Shown here one piece after another: positions 1 through 9,795 of a stretch of 64,000 nt of DNA. Made by a program: the position numbers and the translations under genes. Numbering within the stretch: position 1 is the first letter of the stretch; each line of letters starts with the position of its first letter. Where the stretch lies: contig CAWCYI010000004.1 in the NCBI GenBank assembly GCA_963799845.1, forward strand, positions 352,001 to 416,000, written 5' to 3'. The notes under the pieces were generated by a model. It worked only from the letters and a program-made list of their open reading frames with translations, was not told the origin of the DNA and searched no databases. The stretch comes from an uncultured Nitrososphaerota archaeon. Its GTDB lineage: Archaea > Thermoproteota > Nitrososphaeria > Nitrososphaerales > CADDZS01.

Positions 1-209
1 GTACAGATCGCCCTTATTATCTCATGGTTTTCATCGCTATCAGGGAGCATGAGTCTGAGCGCAATCAGATAGCCGCGCGCTTTCTCCCTGTCCACTTCAT
101 CGATTTCCTCCTTCATGATTCTGATCTGAGTCGCGTAATTGATGGGTTCCTTCCCGCCCTTTCGAAGGCCTTCAACGTATGCGTCGATTTTTTCAAGGAG
201 CAAACCCAA
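1..209 (-). CDS. hypothetical protein, 5' part only (runs off window start)
   Basis: Manual translation of the minus strand gives an open frame LGLLLEKIDAYVEGLRKGGKEPINYATQIRIMKEEIDEVDREKARGYL... from TTG 209, preceded by a GGAGGTG SD-like sequence; not in the ORF track because it is truncated. Confidence 0.6.
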   Translation of the reverse strand, partial: MGLLLEKIDAYVEGLRKGGKEPINYATQIRIMKEEIDEVDREKARGYLIALRLMLPDSDENHEIIRAIC

Positions 210-323
210 ATTGATATTCGCACCTCCCCTCTGAAGGGCCTTCTAGATAAGCGTGGCTCGAAAGGTACACTAAAATAAGCGAAAGTGGTACATGTTAGTT
301 CGCTTCAGAAGGGAATGAGGTAA

Positions 324-677
324 TTGGCGTGGGATGACCCTGTTGTCTGGGTTTTGTTGGTCGGTGCAGTCATACTGCTTTTTGGAAGCAATAAGATTCC
401 CGAGCTCGCGAGATCGCTCGGGGCTGCAAGAAGGGAATTTGATTCTGCCAAGAAAGGACTGGTCGGTGCTATAAATTCTGAGATAAATAATGTTCAGGGA
501 GAGAGCAAGTATTCCGCCAACGCGCCGCAGCCTATGATCCCAAGAACTCCGGCTCCCATTGATTCTACTCCCGATGATGATCCCCTACTCATAGCGGCAA
601 GAAATGAAGGGATAGACACGAGAGGAAAATCCAGATCTGAAATAGCTTCAGAACTGGCTTCAAAAGTAAAAGATTAG
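324..677 (+). CDS. tatA: twin-arginine translocase TatA/TatE family subunit
   Basis: N-terminal TM followed by LLFG..KIPELARSLG.A.REF amphipathic motif; GAGGT SD upstream. Confidence 0.9.
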   Translation: MAWDDPVVWVLLVGAVILLFGSNKIPELARSLGAARREFDSAKKGLVGAINSEINNVQGESKYSANAPQPMIPRTPAPIDSTPDDDPLLIAARNEGIDTRGKSRSEIASELASKVKD

Positions 678-680
678 GCT

Positions 681-1466
681 CTATCCGACCGACGAAGCTG
701 GTCCGTATTCGAGAACTATGGTGTGTCCAGTCCCGTAGGGATAAGTTGAAGCACCTCCGTTCCATTCAGGGGTTCCCGATGCTGTGGGATAACAAGGTGA
801 ATTAGTCTGGGTGTCTGATGCATTGCAATAAGCTAGCGTATTTAGGACTAGTTGACGATAATCCGACAATGTCGAGAGCTTGCCATCTACCAACAATGCT
901 ATTTCGTATGTGCTGTTGGTTGTATATCCAAGAATGTCTGAAGGAGTGAAAACTATCGGATGTTTAGTACCGTTGATAAGAGCATACGAGTAAGACTGAT
1001 TCCATACGTTGAAGAAATCACCCAAGGTATAGTTCGTGTCAGTGGGAGACTCGATGTGAATGATACCGGAAGCATCATGCGTGTGAACTGGCTCAAAACA
1101 CGAGGTGCTTCCCCCTCCATACACTTCTCCCCACGTCGATACTCCTTCTGGGACGGCATTTTCTATCCCGACTGCTCCTGGTATAGTGATATTTTGTCCG
1201 TTAACAACGATTCTTAACCATACGTGGATGTGCAAAAATAGTGACTCGCTAGGAAGACATGAGAATGGAAAATGCAACGTTCCTGGGGTTAGAATCGAAG
1301 TAGTAGTAACATCGTTTCTGGTCTCTACATAAGCAGCCGCGATGATAATTATAATGACGATTATGGCAGGAAGAATATACGCCCAAGGCAAACCCTTCTC
1401 CTGCTTCCGACGGCGCCTCGCGCTGATGTCTTTGGTGCTCTTGGAGCGCGACATGTCTGAATACAT
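681..1466 (-). CDS. membrane-anchored exported protein with HxH / HTHD..GxIHIE metal-binding-like motifs
   Basis: Basic N-terminus, one TM, LHIHVWL and VHTHDASGIIHIES motifs; start may be 1454. Confidence 0.75.
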   Translation of the reverse strand: MYSDMSRSKSTKDISARRRRKQEKGLPWAYILPAIIVIIIIIAAAYVETRNDVTTTSILTPGTLHFPFSCLPSESLFLHIHVWLRIVVNGQNITIPGAVGIENAVPEGVSTWGEVYGGGSTSCFEPVHTHDASGIIHIESPTDTNYTLGDFFNVWNQSYSYALINGTKHPIVFTPSDILGYTTNSTYEIALLVDGKLSTLSDYRQLVLNTLAYCNASDTQTNSPCYPTASGTPEWNGGASTYPYGTGHTIVLEYGPASSVG

Positions 1467-1761
1467 TGTCTGATTTTAGGTTATTTAATTGATCTGGGAA
1501 CCGAATTCTCATTCAAATTTGCTTATGCAATCATGCTTTATCATATCGATTTGAAATCCAACATTCAATCTTTCTCTTGTCGATTGTAATCAAAACCATA
1601 TTGGGAAAATTGCGCTTTGGCAAATTTGAATTTGAATAATCCGAAATAGCCTGTCCTAAAATCGTGAAAACATTTAGGCCAGCATCTTTTGGTTCGAAAA
1701 TCTTCAGGCCAATATTTTTTTGGCTAAAGGTTTATTGCCTAATACACTGAACGCAGACGGG

Positions 1762-2097
1762 ATGCAGAAGCCAGTACTTTCAGAGATACAATCAAAGATA
1801 CTGCTTGCGCTTTTGTTACGAAGAAAGGTGTCATCCTTGGACATCCTTCAGGCAGTTGGGATCAGTGGATCTACTTGGAATAAAGAAAAGATGCTCCTCC
1901 AAAACACTGGGCTTGTCGAATCTCAAATCACCCGAGAATTAACCGAAAACGGTGTTGTTCGGAAAATGGAATTCAAATTAACTCTGAAGGGTAGACAAGT
2001 AGCTCAGAATTTGCTTGCGATAACGTCACTGATCGGAGACGAGTCTTTCGCCTCTGAAAAAATAGAGAGCGTTCTTGAATTAATCGTAAAAGCTTGA
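1762..2097 (+). CDS. winged helix-turn-helix transcriptional regulator (HxlR/MarR-like)
   Basis: wHTH pattern ending FKLTLKGRQVA; TTTATT box ~25 nt upstream of ATG 1762 suggests a leaderless start. Confidence 0.7.
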   Translation: MQKPVLSEIQSKILLALLLRRKVSSLDILQAVGISGSTWNKEKMLLQNTGLVESQITRELTENGVVRKMEFKLTLKGRQVAQNLLAITSLIGDESFASEKIESVLELIVKA

Positions 2098-2220
2098 ACG
2101 CCCAAGCGCTAGCAGCACCTGAAACAACTCGCTATTTTAGGGCAATTACCACGTAGGTAATTAGGCAGAGCAGGGATAGGTTATTCACTTCAGCTTTGAA
2201 AATAACTGCAATTGGTCGAT

Positions 2221-2502
2221 TCAATAGGTTATCCTGGCTAAGACTAACAACCCTACGAATTCCAGCGCAGAAATTCCAGATAAAAATGGAAGAGCCGCAG
2301 GCTCAAAGAAAGGGGCCATCGCAACGTATGAATACACTGTGGCAAGATTCTGGGCGAGCAAAAACAAGGCAAATATCATCAACCCAACTGAGTACATCGC
2401 CTTTGCCTTCACTGCAATTCGTCCATAGAGAACTAGAAGGAAAATCAGGATAATGGAGTTTAAACCAGCAAATACCACGGCAATCTCCATCATCACTTCC
2501 AA
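2221..2502 (-). CDS. small 3-TM membrane protein divergent from an ArsR-like regulator
   Basis: Three hydrophobic helices; AGGTG SD upstream. Confidence 0.7.
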   Translation of the reverse strand: MEVMMEIAVVFAGLNSIILIFLLVLYGRIAVKAKAMYSVGLMIFALFLLAQNLATVYSYVAMAPFFEPAALPFLSGISALEFVGLLVLARITY

Positions 2503-2563
2503 TTATGTCACACCTTGAATGGTCCAGCTTATTCCTTTACTCGTTTAACCCTTTTTCAAAATC

Positions 2564-2582
2564 TCTTAAATGTGTATTAAGA
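2564..2582. promoter_or_regulatory. inverted repeat TCTTAA-N7-TTAAGA in a divergent promoter region (operator or back-to-back TATA boxes)
   Basis: Perfect 6-bp inverted repeat between the starts at 2502(-) and 2632(+). Confidence 0.4.
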
Positions 2583-2631
2583 CAGTTGATTCATCTGTCT
2601 AGTAGCGACTTCCGGGGAAATCTGAAGAGAA

Positions 2632-2967
2632 ATGCCTGATGATCCCGAGCTCAGGAGGCTTTTGTGGTATCTTCTTGGAGGGACTCGAGGAGGGGAAAAT
2701 CGCGCCCGGATTATTCACGAGATCAGGAACAGGCCTAGCAATCTCAATCAGCTGGCGACGAAATTATCGCTTGAATACCGCTCGATTCAGCACCATGTCG
2801 AGGTCTTGAAGAAAAATTCGCTGGTTTCCTCTCAAGGAGAACGTTATGGGCTAACCTATTTTCTCACTCCGTGGCTCGAATCAAACATAGGCATCTTCGA
2901 TGAGATCACGAAAAAACTCAATATTTCTCTAAGATCGTCCCCTGAACAATCTGGAACAGATTTGTAA
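2632..2967 (+). CDS. ArsR-family winged-helix regulator
   Basis: LLWYLLGGTRGGENRARII...NLNQLA..L.L.Y..IQHH...L motif typical of archaeal ArsR-like proteins. Confidence 0.85.
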   Translation: MPDDPELRRLLWYLLGGTRGGENRARIIHEIRNRPSNLNQLATKLSLEYRSIQHHVEVLKKNSLVSSQGERYGLTYFLTPWLESNIGIFDEITKKLNISLRSSPEQSGTDL

Positions 2968-3084
2968 CAAACTAAATAATTATGTCAAGGATTTACTTAG
3001 AAGATAACTCAGAATCTTTCGTTTGTTAGGGTAAATCGGATTGGGATTGCCTTTAAGCGAAGACCTAGGAATTTTAGATAAATC

Positions 3085-4776
3085 TTGACAGTCAAGAAAC
3101 AGAAAACCAGCATTTTGACCCCTCTGGAGAGAGGTGCTTTTGCCGGTATCATCTCGCTTGGTTTCCTTTTCATTCTCAGGATCGGCAACCTGGCCCCGTT
3201 CCCGCCGGAATCTGCCCTGGAAGCGTTTCTGAAAATCATTCCAGAATCAGTGCAAGAGCCGTCCGTTCAGGCGCTCGGAGATTTTGCCGGACAGCTCGGT
3301 TTGATAGTGGCGACCATTCTCGCCGTTGTGGTTTACGGCATCTTCGGTTTGATTTTTGAGAGGGTCTATGCTCCGAGAATGTTGACAAAGAGTATTTCTC
3401 GATTTGAGAAATTTCTCATTTTCTCTCTCATTCCATGGTTGGTCTTCGGATTCATAGTTTTCCCTCTCGCAGGTGTTTCAGTTTTCGGGATATCTTCTGG
3501 ATTCGGTTCAGCTTCCACGGATGACTGGTTATTTCCGCTGGCTTCGCTAATCGCGAATTTGATCTATGGAGTAGTGTTAGCTTGGGAGTATAATGGCACG
3601 AAAATCTTTGTGCCTGGAAAGGTTGGAACAGGGACTTCAATATCTCAGTCCAGTCCAGTAAAAATCAGAGAATCTCAAAATCTTTCGAGAAGATCGTTCA
3701 TCGAAAAGGGAGCGATCGCTCTTGGATCTCTGGCTCTTTTAGCTACCGGTCTAGACTCGCTTTTGACTACGAGCACGCCTGTCACACAGCCGAGCACTAA
3801 TTCGTCGGCCACTGGGGCAGGTTCTCCGATTAACATAGGACAGGCACCCGCAATATTTGATGATCCCCGGCTCGCAGACCTCGTAGATTCAGAAGTCACT
3901 TCCAACGACAATTTCTACAGAGTCGCCATCGATATCTTTGATCCGTCCGTTGATATCTCATCTTGGTCACTTCAAGTAGCGGGTGTAAACGGCTCCGGGA
4001 AGACTTACACGATCGCGAATCTTCAATCGCTGCCAAAGACCGTCGAGTACAACACGTTCGAGTGTGTCAGCAACACGATTGACGGCAATCTAGTCTCAAA
4101 TGCAAAATGGGGAGGAGTGAAGCTATCGGATCTTTTCGCAGATGCCGGCGGAGTGCCCCAAGGTGCGCAAAATGTCGTATTTTACTCGGTCGATGGATAC
4201 AGCGTTGCAATTCCGATCTCCAGAGCTATGTTAAGCAACTCCATGGTTGCCTACGAGATGAACGATGTGACCCTGCCGCAAAAACATGGTTATCCTCTAA
4301 GGGCAGTAATTCCAGGTCTGTATGGAATGATGAGCGCCAAATGGGTCAGGAAAATCCAGATCATCGACTCGAGTTACATGGGTTACTGGCAGACCAGAGG
4401 TTGGTCGAGCGTTGGAACTGTCCAAACTGTCGCTTTCATCACTATCCCCGGTGACGGAGCTTCGCAGAGTCTCTCCCAAAACAATGGAACGATCTTAATT
4501 GGTGGTATGGCGTACGCAGGGGATAGAGGTATCTCCAAAGTCGAAGTAAGTACCGACGGCGGGCAAACATGGCAGGCAGCGACGTTGAAACCGGCACTTG
4601 CCGACAACACCTGGGCTCTCTGGGCCTTCTCTTGGACACCTACAAAGACAGGGACCTTCTCCTTGTATGCAAGAGCAACCGACGGCACAGGGGCTGTTCA
4701 ACCGTCTACGGAGACCGATACTTTCCCCAATGGGGCAACCGGATACGCCATGAGTGTCGTTACAATCAATTCCTGA
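3085..4776 (+). CDS. membrane-bound molybdopterin-dependent oxidoreductase (sulfite oxidase/MsrP superfamily) with internal twin-arginine motif
   Basis: FECVSN Mo-ligand Cys, HGYPLR..PG.YG..S.KW, YW..RGW, C-terminal VEVSTDGG.TW...RATDGTG dimerisation domain; SRRSFI after four TM helices. Confidence 0.9.
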   Translation: MTVKKQKTSILTPLERGAFAGIISLGFLFILRIGNLAPFPPESALEAFLKIIPESVQEPSVQALGDFAGQLGLIVATILAVVVYGIFGLIFERVYAPRMLTKSISRFEKFLIFSLIPWLVFGFIVFPLAGVSVFGISSGFGSASTDDWLFPLASLIANLIYGVVLAWEYNGTKIFVPGKVGTGTSISQSSPVKIRESQNLSRRSFIEKGAIALGSLALLATGLDSLLTTSTPVTQPSTNSSATGAGSPINIGQAPAIFDDPRLADLVDSEVTSNDNFYRVAIDIFDPSVDISSWSLQVAGVNGSGKTYTIANLQSLPKTVEYNTFECVSNTIDGNLVSNAKWGGVKLSDLFADAGGVPQGAQNVVFYSVDGYSVAIPISRAMLSNSMVAYEMNDVTLPQKHGYPLRAVIPGLYGMMSAKWVRKIQIIDSSYMGYWQTRGWSSVGTVQTVAFITIPGDGASQSLSQNNGTILIGGMAYAGDRGISKVEVSTDGGQTWQAATLKPALADNTWALWAFSWTPTKTGTFSLYARATDGTGAVQPSTETDTFPNGATGYAMSVVTINS

Positions 4777-4932
4777 TTTCAAACAGGCCTCGCGACAAGG
4801 AATCTAGGATATTTGAATTCCGGATGTATCGAATACCGTTACATCGCTTAGGCAAATGACATAACAAAACGGTCGTTCGGATCTAAAGAACAATCGTTCA
4901 ATACCCTACGATTAAAGAGGACGACTGCATAT

Positions 4933-6126
4933 TTGGATCCGAAAAGGGATAACCTCACTATGCAATTAGTAACAAGCAGATCACTCACTATAAAGGCAGT
5001 AGCTCTCTCATCGATTGTCATTTTCGCGGGATTAGGAATATTCGGGACAAAGATAGCCTTTGGTTCGTCTTCCATCCCGGCCTATAACAACATCCAGATT
5101 TTTGTAAACCCTCAGAATTCGAGTTTGAACCAATTTTCAGTCGAAGCATACAACTCAACAGGCGGCCTGGTGGCGAGCTCACAAAGTCCCTACCCGGCGT
5201 TCTCGTTTGAGTTGCCGATAGGAAATTATTTGTTCGCAGTCTCAGCGAGCTCTTCCTATGCTTACCCGGTCGTCGGACCGCTAAATAACGGCGCAACTGC
5301 ATCTGAAAAATCAGCCATAGCTTATCCTGTTTACTACAATCCCGCAGAATACGGTTATCTCGTTACCGAACTGAACTCTTCGAGAACAGTCAACATTTCA
5401 ACTCATCAAATTGAGAATATGTCCACGACGAATGTTATGATAGTGGCAAAGTTCGCTAACGGAACGGCCGCGGCCGGTACCAATGTTTACGCCTCTATCG
5501 TCGGTGGATATTACGGGTATGACGAACCGAACAATCTTGTGATGAGCAATCAGACGGGAAACGACGGAATAGCGACCTTAGTCGTCCCGTCTGTTCCGCT
5601 TGAGATCACGGCCTGGAATTGGGTTCCAGTCAATCTTCCTCAGAGTGAAACTACTACACAGGTTACGATCGGCGGCGAGCCGATTAACGTTACGGTCTAC
5701 TGGCAGCCGACCTACGTTGGTTTGGCTGGTTCTGCCCTATTGATTCCTCCTTCTCAACAAGTAGTCATCACCCTGAAAGCCCAGCAGCAAAACTTCTGGG
5801 CATTTCCTCAGGGAGTCTCTTCATCTCAAACGGTAGCTTCTGTCCCCGGAACTCCAAGCACTGCTCCCAGGACCGTTGCTAACGGACCGGGTGCAGTACC
5901 CGCCAGCGTTGAACAAGACTCTCAGCAGCTAGAAGCCTCATCTCAAGCTTCCACCCAAACAACTCCGACTCAGATTCCATCATTGCCAGCCAGCACCGTG
6001 ACTGTGACGACTACAGCTTCGGTGACCGCTCAATCTTCGGCTAATAATCTAGCAGTTGAAAGCGGGATTGTCGCGGCGATCATAATCTCAATAGCTGCCG
6101 CAGTGTTGGCTTTGAGAAGAAAATAG
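4933..6126 (+). CDS. secreted/cell-surface protein with Ser/Thr-rich linker and C-terminal TM plus basic tail
   Basis: Signal-like N-terminus, beta-rich body with many NxS/T sequons, ends ...AAAVLALRRK; start may be ATG 4960. Confidence 0.75.
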   Translation: MDPKRDNLTMQLVTSRSLTIKAVALSSIVIFAGLGIFGTKIAFGSSSIPAYNNIQIFVNPQNSSLNQFSVEAYNSTGGLVASSQSPYPAFSFELPIGNYLFAVSASSSYAYPVVGPLNNGATASEKSAIAYPVYYNPAEYGYLVTELNSSRTVNISTHQIENMSTTNVMIVAKFANGTAAAGTNVYASIVGGYYGYDEPNNLVMSNQTGNDGIATLVVPSVPLEITAWNWVPVNLPQSETTTQVTIGGEPINVTVYWQPTYVGLAGSALLIPPSQQVVITLKAQQQNFWAFPQGVSSSQTVASVPGTPSTAPRTVANGPGAVPASVEQDSQQLEASSQASTQTTPTQIPSLPASTVTVTTTASVTAQSSANNLAVESGIVAAIIISIAAAVLALRRK

Positions 6127-7278
6127 ACTCTGGAGCTAACTTAGCAAGTCCTTTCGATTGTAATCCTGCATTGCCTCTAGCACAGGCTAACGTCGCCTGT
6201 CCGGGTAATTATCCTTGCAACACGGGCGTGTCTACCGACGGACCCGATTTTGTCTTCCAGTTTGGAGGAGACACGGGCTACATCAGCGAGACGGCTGGCT
6301 CCAGATTCACATTGATTCAGACAAATCAAGCGAGCCAGGATGCGTATGCACAGTTTTCATTCCTTTGTCCGGAGCAGTCGACAAGACGGATAGAATGGGA
6401 ATCTCCCAGCAGCCACATGCTGGTGCGTTTGCATTTATCCGAGTGATTACCCTGGTTCGTCTGTGATTCGACAAGACAAGATTTCTCTTGTCTTGCTCAA
6501 GCTTCTGTTTTCCATGTAGTTGAAGTGCCTTCATGTCCTTGCATCAAAACATGGTTCAGGACTCGGGACTGCCCATATGGGTTGTCGTCTGTCTTTGCAG
6601 ACCAAGCATGTAGCGAGAGTCTAACTAATACCGGCAATCCCACGTGAACCGTTACAACAAATCTGCGGTATACCTTAGAGCAGCCCCTCTGTTCGTATCT
6701 GGGCTCAGCAACGATGTAGAAAAGTCGATTCTACCGCGAGTTGCTCTGGAGAGATAACCTGAGATAGGTGCCTAATAGGGAATGGACAGGGGAATAATAT
6801 GCTCATGCAGAACTGATTATCGCCGATGGAAGTTCCGTTACAGCCACAAAACAAAATTCCAGGAATCGCCGATGCAAAGATTGAAGCTGTGTATGTTATC
6901 AGTGTTCGGTCCAACACATTTGTTGTACTATGACTGTTCGCTCTAGTGATAAGTAATCGAGGAAGCTATCCTGGACTGGATAGGGAAAGGGAAGAAATGA
7001 AAGCATATGTTAAGGAAATTGGTTTTGTTAGAAACAATTCATCAATCGTTGCTTTTGACGCAATATCAGCTTCCTTAAATCTCGGTTGTTTAGTCCCGAC
7101 GGGCGAGGGCAGTCTAGAAGACAACTAACAGGTTGGGCCCGGGGCAGCGTTCATTCTTTATTTTTCGAAGTAGATACGTTGATCCAAAAAGACCCCGGGG
7201 AAGACAACTTTCATCCAGAAAGGGAAATAGCCACAAAACATCTATTAAACTCTGTATGATGGGAAATTCCGAAAAAAT

Positions 7279-7524
7279 ATGCCAGTGTCTACCTCGTACC
7301 TTCTCATAAACGCTGACCTGGGAGCAGAAGATGATCTGATTCGGACGCTAAAGGAAGTCCCAAATGTCGTTGAAGTGCACATGGTTTACGGCGTGTACGA
7401 TATTATTGCCAAAGTCCAGGCCGGGGATATGGAGACTGTAAAGGCGACGATTACTTCGAAGATCAGAAAACTCGAAAAGGTTAGATCCACTTTGACGATG
7501 ATTGTAGTGAATCCGGGTAGCTGA
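7279..7524 (+). CDS. stand-alone Lrp/AsnC ligand-binding (RAM) domain protein
   Basis: YLLIN...VYGVYDIIAKV...IRKLEKVRSTLTMIV, no HTH. Confidence 0.9.
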   Translation: MPVSTSYLLINADLGAEDDLIRTLKEVPNVVEVHMVYGVYDIIAKVQAGDMETVKATITSKIRKLEKVRSTLTMIVVNPGS

Positions 7525-7530
7525 CGCGAC

Positions 7531-7779
7531 ATGTTTGATCCCCCTGAAGGATCCAAACTGAAAGAAGAATTAGACTCGTGGCCCTATTTTGAAGCCACTC
7601 TTGGACTTGAGGATCGCGTAATTCTCCGAAAGATGAACGAATCAATCCTTCAATGCGTGAAAGCTATTGAAGTAGTGCTGGAAGGATACGATACCGAGGC
7701 TTAGCTTTTGAGTCATCTGATTCATCAGCAAAAGGTCATAGACTTCCTCGAGCAGAAACTTTGCCCGGCGACTCACTGA
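7531..7779 (+). pseudogene. small conserved-looking hypothetical gene interrupted by an in-frame TAG
   Basis: Manual translation MFDPPEGSKLKEELDSWPYFEATLGLEDRVILRKM...YDTEA*LLSHLIHQQKVIDFLEQK; TAG at 7702-7704; resembles from memory a small Nitrososphaerota family (E..SW..F...L..EDR..F..M...TE.L...L..Q.K.I). Confidence 0.55.
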
Positions 7780-8016
7780 GAAATCGTGTCTTTTCTTTGA
7801 TTCTTCTGGAGCCACCCGGCAAACTCTCCGGCTTCTCCAGATATCAGTCGCTTGAGCAATTCTCCACAGGCCGAAAGTAGGCTTCCCCTCTTCATTGAAG
7901 ATTTTGTTGGATTACGACCAGAGTCGAACCCTTTCGAATTTCAAATTGAGGAAAAGTAAGACCAGTAATTAACAGTCATACAAAACGGTCAGATGTTGGA
8001 AAATCAGCCGATAGAA

Positions 8017-8682
8017 TCAGTTCTCGGAATCTTCTGAGTCGACTTTCCTGTAAACAAAGAGCATTGAGCCAACCGCTATGACAACTGCTCCTAATGTTAG
8101 TATAGCCAGCGTCGAAAACCCGCTATAGTCGAATGTTTGAGGTGACGAAGATGGCCCCGCGAGAACTGATGGACTTGAGGTAATCGAAGAATTTCCAGAA
8201 GAAACGATAACGGTTGTGACCGCTGACTCTACGACAGTAATCACAGGAGTTTGAGATTGATTTGTGGAACCGTTTTCACTATTATTCACGGATCCGGAAG
8301 AGAGATTGCCTAGAGACGAGCTCGAGAAAGTTGGTACAGGCCCGTAGGTAGATCCTAAAGAGCTGATTGATGCATTAGATCCATTGCCGCCAACTGAATT
8401 TGTAGGGGCAGGAACACTTGAAGTACTCGCCGCTGCTACAACCGTTGCGGAACTAGAAGTCGAAACAGCCGTCTGAACACTGCTAAGAACAGAAGTGGAC
8501 GAAGCGGACGAACTCGAAAGAGACTGGGCAGAACTCGCAGAATTAACATTGGCCGCCGGGACAAGATACTGAGGTGCCTGCTTCGAGCCAACGATTCCTG
8601 GCCATGAGAGAAAGCCCAACACTATCAACGCAAAGACCACGCCAAGAACAACGTTCAAGACGGGTCTGTCAGGCAATCTCAT
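8017..8682 (-). CDS. Ser/Thr-rich membrane protein (N- and C-terminal TM)
   Basis: Two TM segments flanking a low-complexity S/T-rich region. Confidence 0.7.
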   Translation of the reverse strand: MRLPDRPVLNVVLGVVFALIVLGFLSWPGIVGSKQAPQYLVPAANVNSASSAQSLSSSSASSTSVLSSVQTAVSTSSSATVVAAASTSSVPAPTNSVGGNGSNASISSLGSTYGPVPTFSSSSLGNLSSGSVNNSENGSTNQSQTPVITVVESAVTTVIVSSGNSSITSSPSVLAGPSSSPQTFDYSGFSTLAILTLGAVVIAVGSMLFVYRKVDSEDSEN

Positions 8683-8762
8683 TTTTCTATCGGCTCCGAT
8701 GTATACACCATAAAAGCTCGTTAAAGGGGTTCATAGTTCTAGTCATCAGAACACTAGCCATT

Positions 8763-9273
8763 TCAGAAGGGTCTCCTCTTCCACGTGCGATATGCTTCGT
8801 ACCATGCGAATACCGAAGCAAAAATGCCAAAAGCAATAGCAAAAAAATTCACATTCTGCTGAAAAAGCAAGACGTATCCCATGAGCAAAGTGGAAAAGAA
8901 AACCGCGTAAAAGATGAAACGTGGTACGAGCAATCGACCTACCTGGGTAAACGCCTGAAGAACGTTCACGTTCACATTCTTGACGATCGTATATTCTCCG
9001 TACTGATTTTTGTCAATCAGCCCTAAACGCATGAGCTTGTCGAGGTGATGATATGCGACACTCGGACTTGAAAGACCTAGAGAACGCTGCAGACTCCCTT
9101 ACCCCAACAGGTTTTGGATTCTTAAGAATGAATAGGTACGCACGGAGGGTTCGTCCTCTCAACTCCGAGTCCGGATCAGAATCGGACGGTACGCCAGATT
9201 GCTTGTCAGGAATTTTTTTCGGTTTTTTGGGAATGTCAGTGCCCGAACCGTCCGGGAGGTCAGAATCTTTCAA
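8763..9273 (-). CDS. membrane-tethered winged-helix regulator (one-base insertion at 9093)
   Basis: Removing the extra base joins ORFs 9013..9273 and 8763..9032 into ...GRTLRAYLFILK..VGVRELQRSLGLSSPSVAYHHLDKL..LGLI...GEY followed by 2 TM. Confidence 0.8.
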
Positions 9274-9422
9274 AATGTTTCATTTCTCAGTTTAGGTTTT
9301 TGGTGGGATTATTCTAAAACCGATGATATATTATGAATTTAGTAGTCTGAGAAGAAATATTTGCCCACCCGTGCAAAACATAAATAGCAAAACTCGGTTG
9401 CTTTAATCACGAATCTATCAAA

Positions 9423-9710
9423 ATGGCGAGAGACAGAGCAATTGGAGCCGCGTTGGTCGTAGGCGCAGTTGTCGGCGTATTCGTCTACGGTTTCTTACTT
9501 TTCTATCCTTTTGGCGCAAACAGCAAGATTGCCCTTTACACGCTTGAAGTCACAGCATTCGTTGCAGTTGTCGGAATCCTTGCAATCCTAGGGTGGATTG
9601 GATATGTTATGGCGACAACCCCGCCGCCGGTCCCATTGGAGCCTGAGCCCGCCCCTACTACCCAGAGTTCGGCGAGCTCCCAAACGACGACTGCTGAAAA
9701 AAAGGCTTAG
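9423..9710 (+). CDS. small 2-TM archaeal membrane protein
   Basis: Two TM helices and LGWIGY.MATTPPP motif seen in TACK archaea. Confidence 0.75.
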   Translation: MARDRAIGAALVVGAVVGVFVYGFLLFYPFGANSKIALYTLEVTAFVAVVGILAILGWIGYVMATTPPPVPLEPEPAPTTQSSASSQTTTAEKKA

Positions 9711-9795
9711 CTTTTCTTCGCCGAATTTGTCTTCTTTATGAGACTTTTTTATACTCGCTTCTAATCGTGATGCAACCGGCGTAGATTTTTCACTT

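Noticed and set aside
24-278. Plus-strand 84-aa ORF
   Set aside because: The minus-strand frame has an SD and more protein-like composition
7702-7704. In-frame TAG suggesting amber recoding (pyrrolysine or readthrough)
   Set aside because: The other interrupted gene has TAA (50216-50218), TAG terminates many normal genes here, and both stops are one change from Leu codons; a nonsense mutation or base error is simpler
7895-7920. tRNA T-loop-like GGTTCGACT on the minus strand
   Set aside because: No T-stem, acceptor stem or cloverleaf around it
4864-7990. Shared ACAAAACGGTC at 4864 and 7980
   Set aside because: An 11-mer match is expected by chance at this scale and there is no further similarity
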